DNA of 64,000 nt from the human T2T-CHM13v2.0 reference genome, Homo sapiens: assembly GCF_009914755.1 (NCBI RefSeq), contig NC_060927.1; one strand, 5' to 3'. Below the pieces are notes generated by a model. The model saw only the letters and a program-made list of their open reading frames with translations. It did not search any database and was not told the DNA's origin. Position numbers and translations under genes: made by a program. Positions 53,512 to 64,000 of this stretch are shown one piece after another. Numbering within the stretch: the first letter of the stretch is position 1; every line of letters starts with the position of its first letter.

Positions 53512-53895
53512 AGTGGCAGTGTTCTTAACAAGAATGTAAAACTAAAAAAAAAATTAAAAAAAGAAAGAATGTAAAACCCTTGAATATTTTCCATGTTGTG
53601 GATAAATTAATGCAGGCTTTAGATACTCTTCCTTCTCTTTCTGAATTTTTCCATCTATTTATTGTTAGATTATGGTAAAAGGTCAAGAATTGGTGTTTTA
53701 GTATCAAACGTTTCACATTCTTATTTTTCTTTTCACTCAGATTGGTAAAACTATTGCTAACAAATTATAGTGGAGCACCTGAATTTTTGAATTATTTAAG
53801 TTGTTACTCTCTTTACTATTACAAGTCAACAGAGTCTATATAGTTTTGAATTTGTTTTGTTTTTGACCTGAGCTCTTTACTACTGTAGCCTTTAT

Positions 53896-54072
53896 CAGGG
53901 GTTGGCAAACTTTCTGTAAAAAGCCGGATAGTAAATATTTTAGGCTTCGAACACACCACATGTGATCTCTATCACATAGTTTTATTTTCTTTTTAAACGA
54001 TGCTTTGAAAACAGGAAAACCATTGTTGGCTCCTAGGCTATACAAAAACGGGGCACAGTTTGCCAACACCTG
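53896..54072. mobile_element. MER58A hAT MITE
   Basis: TIR caggggttggcaaact / agtttgccaacacctg; 8-bp TSD gcctttat/gtctttat. Confidence 0.88.
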
Positions 54073-54105
54073 GTCTTTATGGTAGTATCAATAATTCTGT
54101 ATTAG

Positions 54106-54279
<174 letters not shown>

Positions 54280-54605
54280 TAAGTTTTTGTCTTGGCTTGG
54301 TATAGAGACTACTAGTTTTAAAATTATGAACAGAATATAAGTTAACCCTGCAAATTAGGAGTTTGCTAATAATCATTACAATTGATAAAGTGGGACCCAG
54401 ACTAGTGAGTGATTTATTAGATGGTATATTAAGCAAATGGCTACTATTCAAAATCTCAAACTGGATGCAGTGGCGTGTACCTATAGTCCCAGCTACTCAG
54501 GAAGCTGAGTTCGAGGCCAGCCTGGGCAATGTGGACAGATTCCCATCTTTAAAAAATAATTTTTATTATAAAAATAAATAAAATCTCAGTATAGAGAACA
54601 CTTAA

Positions 54606-54734
54606 CCCATTTATGCCAGAGATTGCAAATGTTTTTTGTGAAAAATCAGACCTTGGTGATGACCTTGAGCAGTAGGATATAAATAACTCCCATAAGTTTA
54701 GTGTTCCAATAATGTAACACTAGGTATAAATGGG
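54606..54734 (-). mobile_element. MER85 piggyBac (PGBD3-derived) MITE
   Basis: TTAA|cccatttatgcc ... ggtataaatggg|TTAA; internal gaccttgagcagtaggatataaataactccca matches MER85 as recalled. Confidence 0.9.
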
Positions 54735-54768
54735 TTAAGAACCCATGCTAAATGTCATATTTATTTGA

Positions 54769-55165
<397 letters not shown>

Positions 55166-55835
55166 AAGACACATTTCTTAAGATGAACTCAGAATACTCA
55201 CAATTAACAGAACTTCATAAAAATCACCTCTTAGAATACCTTGGAACACTATATACCATATATCTTGATGTCTAACTTTGAGGCTTAGCTTACCATAGAG
55301 ATGGTTTAGTGACTCAAGACCATGTTGTATTACCATTCTTCACATATTCCTGAGGTGGCAGGTGGAGTTATAGACTCAAAAAAGTTCAAGTAGAGGACAG
55401 GAAATCCAAAATAGGGAGGAAGTGCTGAGGGATGGAGTTTATATAGAGAGTGGAGTAGAGAGTGTGGTCACTATTGAATTAACTATTAAAGTTTATCTTT
55501 TGTTACTTGCTGCTTTTATAAAGAGGTTATTTCACAATTGAATATATACGTTCAATAACATTTAAGTACATGGTCACCTGTATACCTACAAAATTCACGA
55601 AGTAAAAAGAAAAAAATTTTTAACCTAGAATGGTTGTATAGTAGGTCTCCAGGCTCAAAAGTCTTCAGGAGGCTTAGCTCTTATTGTGTGGTAGGCCTGG
55701 AGTAGGCAAGGTGTACCTTGTGTTTGCTCTCACAATTGAGCTTAAGGTTGGTCATAGCATTAATTTCTTGACTATTTAGTGCTTGGGAATTTGAGGACTA
55801 TCTAACAAGAAGATCCTTTATAAAAATTCAGACTG

Positions 55836-56479
<644 letters not shown>

Positions 56480-56781
56480 AAACTCAGACTGATTTTGCTG
56501 AAATTTTAGAGTATATTTTAATTTTATTTGGTTATTATTTGAGACATTGGTAGATTGGTGAATTTTATCTATTTTAATTAAAAATTTTAACTACTTTAGA
56601 AAATTATTTTATTACGTAGTATGAATTTTTTAATGAAACCTATTCCTTTTTGAATGTAAAAATAAAATCATTGACAGTAAACTAAACATATCCCTTTAAA
56701 AATGCACTCTTTTATACAGTCATCTTGAAGGTAGCTTGACATCATGATAAGCATCTAATTCAAATATTATAGAATATAAAA

Positions 56782-56990
56782 CAAGGGTCTGTACACTAAG
56801 GCCCATGGTCCAGAACTCACCCAAAGCCTGTTTTTGTACAGCCCTCAAGCTAAGACTTTTTCACATTTTTAAAGAGTTATAAATTTAAAAAACAACAATC
56901 AAAAAGAATGTACAACAGACTAAATGTGGCCTGCAAAGCCTAAGCTACTTACTATCTGGCCATTTACAGGAAAAGCTTGCTGGCTCATGG
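56782..56990. mobile_element. MER58-family hAT MITE
   Basis: atgtggcctgcaaagcctaa...tactatctggccatttacagg. Confidence 0.7.
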
Positions 56991-57668
56991 TATAAAATAA
57001 TGATATATGTCCAATTTCTGATGTCCAAACCAAAGGTAATTTTCATGTAGAATACATGAAATACTTAGTCTACGGAATTAAGAATTTTAGCTAACAAGTT
57101 TATCCTTTTTTTCACTATCATTCTTTGTCTAAATTTTTTGGAAGGTAGGGCAGGGGTTTCACCACACTCCCCAGGCTGATCTCAAACTTCTGGGTTCTAG
57201 TGATCATCCCATCTCAGCCTCCTCCTGAGTATGTTTAAATTTGATAACAAATTATTTTCATTTTTACTTTCTCTCCCTCCTGGATCCCAGATTGACCAAC
57301 AGAAGAGGAGCAAAAACATATAATCAGTAGTTTTCTATGCTAAATCATGGAAGCCTTTCATCACATGAAATCTTAAGGAGAAGTACAGTGTATAAAACAA
57401 ATAAAAAGAAGGCTTCTGATAAAGGGGGTCTGCTGGTATTGGTGGGAAGAGGTGGTTAATATGAGGCAGAGCCTTGCTTGTTCCTCTTTCCCTTTCATCT
57501 GTATGGCTGAACAGGAAGGGGCTTAAGGAAAGAGTCTTGGAGCAGCTTAACAGCCAGCAGTCTAGGATGATGATTCAAACTGGATACTTGGCTTGTGAAT
57601 AATTATCAGTGGCTTTGTGTGTTTGTAAATGATTGATACCCAATTAGTGTTCTTTATTTTTATTCTAG

Positions 57669-57842
<174 letters not shown>

Positions 57843-58061
57843 TGATATATGCAAGCATAAAATAATTCGTTATACTTGTCATGCATTTTTGTCTATGTAA
57901 TTACCTTAAGTTGATATTGAACTGTGGTTAATAGTTTGGTCTAAACCCTAGTGAACATGTGGGTAGGAAAGGTTGTCATGTAAACTGAAAGGGGAAAGTT
58001 AACTTAGCCTTAAAGAAGAAATTATATAAGCCTTTGTTCATTTAAAAACTAGTTCTTGTTG

Positions 58062-58378
<317 letters not shown>

Positions 58379-59569
58379 CTAGGCTCCATATTAATGCTTT
58401 CCCTGAATTATCCCAAATAATCTTCATAGAACCCTGAATTTGGAACTATTAAAATCCCCATTTTATTGATAAGAAAATGCTGTCAGAGATATTAACCAAC
58501 TTGCCCAAAATGACATAACAAGTAAGGAATGGAGGCCAAATTCAAATCCAGACAATCCAGCTTCAGAGCCCAGGCTTCAGCCGCTGTGTAAAATGGAAAT
58601 CCTGATTGCAGTGTGCGTAAACTCTATCTTCATATGTATGGGCAAACATGACTTCAAACCAAGATGAGTAGAGCTTACTTTCCTTGATAAGGCAATTCTT
58701 CTAAGCAGAAATTACAGTGAAATTAAGCCAGCAGGAACAAATAAGGTTAGTTTGGTATGAGAAAAATTAAAAAGAGCACAATAGTGTTACGATACTAATG
58801 AAGCTAATGATAGCGCTGGCTATTTGGACCATCAGGCAGATTTTATTTGATAAAGTGGGATAAGAACGAAAAAACCTCAAGGATCTCAAGAGTTTAGGTG
58901 GGAAGATGGAATCAATAAATAAAGCAAATTGAGAACTGTAAAACACACTAACACACAAACACTAGCACATATATATATATTCATATACATGTGATTCATA
59001 TATGGGAAATATATGTATATAAAATATCTTGTATATGTTCAGTGCTGAGGGTTTAATACAGAGGTTGTGAGTAGGCTTCATTCAAAAGCTCGTTTGTAAA
59101 GGTATTCTTCAACTTAAACATAGTCAGTGAGGTTTCCTAAGTGGGAAGAGTACCAAAATACAAAAATGGAAATTAATGAAATATAAGCCAGAGCTCACAA
59201 GCTCTGTGAAGAAAGAAGCGATGTGTCAAGAAATGGGAAGGTGAAAATAGTTTATAAAAATGAACTTGGGTCACCTTACGATAGGAACCTCCTGTCTGAA
59301 AGTTTGTGGCAAAACCAGTCTTTCTCAAACTAGAAACTGGGAGAGTTTGTGGGAGAGATGTGGAGTGATCTTTGGAGATTTTGTTTTAAATTTCAATGTT
59401 TCCGTTTTAGACTAACTTTAAACTTCTATCAATTATAAGCAGTATTCTTTTTTTTGCAGTGACAGTTTCAACTAAAAGTAATTTTCATAAGTAAAAGTTT
59501 ATCTCTACAAAAGAAGAGGCCACAGAAGTATGCTCAGTTGTTCCTAGAATTTTTTAATTCTTAAAAGGG

Positions 59570-60480
59570 CTCTATAGTGAACAGGCCATTCCCAAGAAAG
59601 GAAATACAAATGGCTCAATCTCACTGATAATAAGTGAGATTAATACTCACTTGTAATAAGAGAAATATACATTACAATTACAAACACCATTTTGAACCCA
59701 TTAGACTATCAAAGATCAAAGTTTGGTGATATGCTTTTTGTGAGGGTATAGAGAAATAGACATTCACAGAGGTTGTCTTTAGGAGCTTTTTGGCAAAATA
59801 AATGTCAAAAGTTTAAAACACATTTTTTTTTCATTTACTAATTCCATTTCTAAGAATTTGTACTGCACACACATTTATACCTGTATACAAAGGTATGCAT
59901 ATTAAATTATCTGGAATATTTTGTTACACCAACAATGGTAACAAAGAATTCCAGGTAGCTTAAATGCTCATTAAGGGAATACCAGTTGAACTGTGTTATA
60001 GCCATATGATAAAGCAGAATGAGGCAGATCTGTAAGTGTTCATTTGGAATGATCTTCAAGACCTATTGCAAAGCCAAAAAAAAAAAAAAAAACACAGGAA
60101 TGTACAGAGCAGTTGCTACCATCCGAATAAGAATAATAATACAATGGACAAATACGTATTTGCTTATATACCCTTAAAATATGTGTAGAAGAATGCACAA
60201 GAAACTAGTAATAGTGGCTGACTCTGCCTCTGGAAGGAGAAATTGAGTGCTTGGAGGACAGAGTAGCAGATTAACTTTTTACATATATTTTTCCTTTTTA
60301 AAAATATGCTTTTATTACCTACTGAATTTGCAAAAGATGGAGTTACATACATTACTCAAGTTTGAGAAATGCGGAATATCTCACACATTTTTTTGTTTGG
60401 TGAGTGACAGATTTGATGGCGAGAACAAATCTATTGTTTTGGCATTTCACTTTGACATTTCAAACTCTTTCTCATACTAG
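59570..60480 (+). mobile_element. Highly degraded L1ME-like 3' region
   Basis: Residual ORF2-end motifs (ctaattccatttctaagaattt, tggaatgatcttcaaga). Confidence 0.5.
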
Positions 60481-61173
60481 TGCTTTTTATCCTGCAAATG
60501 AGCAACAGATTGCTACCATGCCATCTCCCAAAACCAACATAAAAAAGTCTTGAAATATAAAATGGTTTTAAGACTATCATTTTATAATCCTTGTTCAGAG
60601 GCTGAAAAATAAGTATCTTAGTTCTCTATAATCAAATTTTGTAAAAAAGTTATGCCATTTATTGAGAAACTGCCTTTGAATTTTGAAATAACTTATTGCC
60701 TTTGTATAAGTAATACATATTAATAAATATGAAAAGCTGGATAAGCAAAACTAATGTTAAAAATCCCATATCATTTGGTCACCCAGAAATTGCTATTATC
60801 CACTTTAATGTTGTTATACCGACACTTTTATACTCTGCATTTTTTTCAGGCAGTAGCCTTTCAGTGAAAAATTTTTCTACAGCATCACTTACTAGGCTGC
60901 ATGGTTTTCTATCTTATAAATAGACAGATGGATAGATCTGTCTTTTGATCCATGAATCCACTTTTACTGAACTAGCTTGTTTTTCAGATTTCAGTTGTAA
61001 ACGATAATTCCTGCTAAACGTCACCGCTAAATCTTACTTTTCCTTAGGATAAATTCTGATGGAATTGCTGTGTTAAAGGGTAAAGGCATTTTAAAGCTTT
61101 TTGGCAAATATCAACAAATTTTCCCTATTCAGATTTGCAGATGTTATTTCAGGTTTATTAGAAAGCTCCCCCG

Positions 61174-61556
<383 letters not shown>

Positions 61557-61885
61557 TCACAGGTGCAGATGTTAGTTAACAATTCCAGATGTTAGTGCCT
61601 GATACTATGTTTTTTGGTTATCAGACAGGCAGACTGGTACATTCCAGGTTATGCAAACCCTAATCTAGCTATTCAGTACATTCCATTCCAGGTCTTTTCT
61701 CTGTGAGGAGACTATAAAAGTCCTCTACACCTTCAGTTAGATTGTAGTAATTACAGTCTACTTAACAGTGTATGAAGATGCAGCTTATGAAATACCCTTG
61801 CCAACAATTAGTATTATTATTTTTCTTATCTCTCTGCTAGTTTGATAGGGCAAAAGTTATTCACAGCTTTACTTTGCATTTTTAT

Positions 61886-62070
61886 ATTATTTATTTTTTT
61901 TGAGACGGAGTCTCACTCTGTCACCCACGCCTGGCTAATATTTTGTATTTTTAGTAGAGATAGGGTTTCACCGTGTTAGCTAGGATGGTCTCAATCTCCT
62001 GACCTCGTGATCTGCCCACCTCGACCTCCCAAAGTGCTGGGATTACAGGCCTGAGCCACTGCACCCGGCC
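61886..62070 (-). mobile_element. AluY-like with internal deletion of most of the right arm
   Basis: gtctcactctgtcaccc joined directly to acgcctggctaat; TSD actttgcattt. Confidence 0.88.
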
Positions 62071-62199
62071 AACTTTGCATTTAATTATTAAAGAAATTTT
62101 TTCCCCATCTGGACCTTACTTTTTTGTGAATTGCCTGTTTATGTTCTTGGTCTGTTTTCTGAATTTAGCATTTCTCTTCATTATTGGTTTCATAATAAT

Positions 62200-62410
62200 G
62201 TGAGTATTCACTATCTACCAAGCATTGTGCTAAGTGTATTATTTGTGTCATCTCATCTAATCAATACTAACCCCATAACGTAGGTAATAGTATCCCAATA
62301 TGAGGACGCTGAGGTTCAGAGAAGATCACACAACAAATAAGTGTAAAGCAGGAATTCCAATCCAGGTCTATCTGACTGCAAAGTCTGTATTTTTAACTAC
62401 TACACCAGTA
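62200..62410. mobile_element. MIR
   Basis: gaggacgctgaggttcagagaag...caggaattccaatccaggtctatctgactgcaaag core. Confidence 0.75.
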
Positions 62411-62558
62411 CTATTGTTTTCCTAGTTTTTCCTCTAAATAGACTTCATAAAATTGCAACTAGATCAGAAGCACAAACTACACAAACAGATCCAAACCTAA
62501 GATAGTCAGCCTCCTGAGCAAAATGGTGGTATTGAGCTTGTTTTTGGTAAATCTAAGA

Positions 62559-62742
62559 CAGGGGTTCTCAACCTTGATTATCAGAATTCTCTAGAGGGCT
62601 TGTTAAAACACATATTGCTGGACCCACCCCCAGATTTTCTGATTCATTAAGTCTGGGGTGGGTCCTAAAAATTTGCATGTCTGTCAGGTTTTTAGATGTT
62701 GTTGATTCTGCCGATCTGGGGACCTCACTTTGAAGACCACTG
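62559..62742. mobile_element. MER5A
   Basis: caggggttctcaacc ... ctttgaagaccactg termini. Confidence 0.82.
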
Positions 62743-62949
62743 CCCTACATCACTCTCACATAGTGACGTTTTCTCATACCTTACCTGTGTTCCTAAACCA
62801 TACCCCCTCAAGTCGCTCCCCCACTGCGTTCTTTAACCACTGCTATAAATACTACCATTTTTATTTCTTTGAAAGTTAATTACATTTAGAGTATTTCACC
62901 TGTGGTGGTACCTGGCACAGAGTAAATATTTAGTAAATATTAGTTGAGG

Positions 62950-62995
62950 TGGATGGATGGATGGATGGATGGATGGATGGATGGATGGATGGATG
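62950..62995. repeat. (GGAT)~11 tetranucleotide STR
   Basis: Directly visible. Confidence 0.95.
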
Positions 62996-63206
62996 TTCTT
63001 CATTTATGTATCTTTATACCTTCCAAAGAGGAAATGGTTGCAGGTTTTGAAAGAACGTGTGTGTGTGTGTGTTTATACTATGAAATTTAGCATAAAGTTT
63101 AGCTCACACATGTGGACCAGCGCCTGTGACTACAGTACGAATATAAGCATATAAACAATGTTAATATTTAAGAAAAATCATTTCAGAAAAAACGTGTTGT
63201 CTTCAT

Positions 63207-63587
<381 letters not shown>

Positions 63588-63797
63588 TGATTGAATACCA
63601 CAGTTCCATTTATATCTACTCATCAAGACCTACTACTTAGGTCATTAACACCTCTTTCTCAAATAATTTTCACCAAATGTGAACCCTGGTTATTTGCAGC
63701 CATGGGATTTTTAATTATTTCTAAAATACTTCTTTGTACTTTTCTGTTTTGCTTGAGTTTTTATAGTAAACATTTATATTTTAAAAATAAACATTTA

Positions 63798-64000
<203 letters not shown>

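Overview
Primate (almost certainly human) genomic DNA, AT-rich and repeat-dense, lying entirely inside one + strand multi-exon gene. Fourteen AG/GT-bounded exons between 2549 and 57834 (1541 nt) splice in phase into one open frame of 513 complete codons. I recognise the product from memory as the central part of TOPAZ1, the germ-cell protein with a CCCH zinc finger followed by a helical region. Start and stop codons lie outside the window. The introns hold about 30 Alus (one AluYa5-like), old and young L1s, THE1/MST/MLT1 LTRs, and Tigger1, Tigger3, MER5/MER58 and MER85 DNA transposons. There is no prokaryotic system, CRISPR array or RNA gene. Best leads: (1) PPR-like 35-aa repeats directly after the zinc finger; (2) a ~9.75-kb TSD-flanked chimeric retro-insertion that carried foreign L2/MIR/LTR sequence into an L1ME; (3) a young L1PA fused in frame at the homologous ORF2 position of an old host L1, re-using an Alu's nick site; (4) a MER85 with a near-intact PGBD3-binding palindrome in a gonadal gene; (5) a 60-bp inverted duplication and a tailless L1 insertion. 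Repeat boundaries and subfamily names are by-eye estimates.
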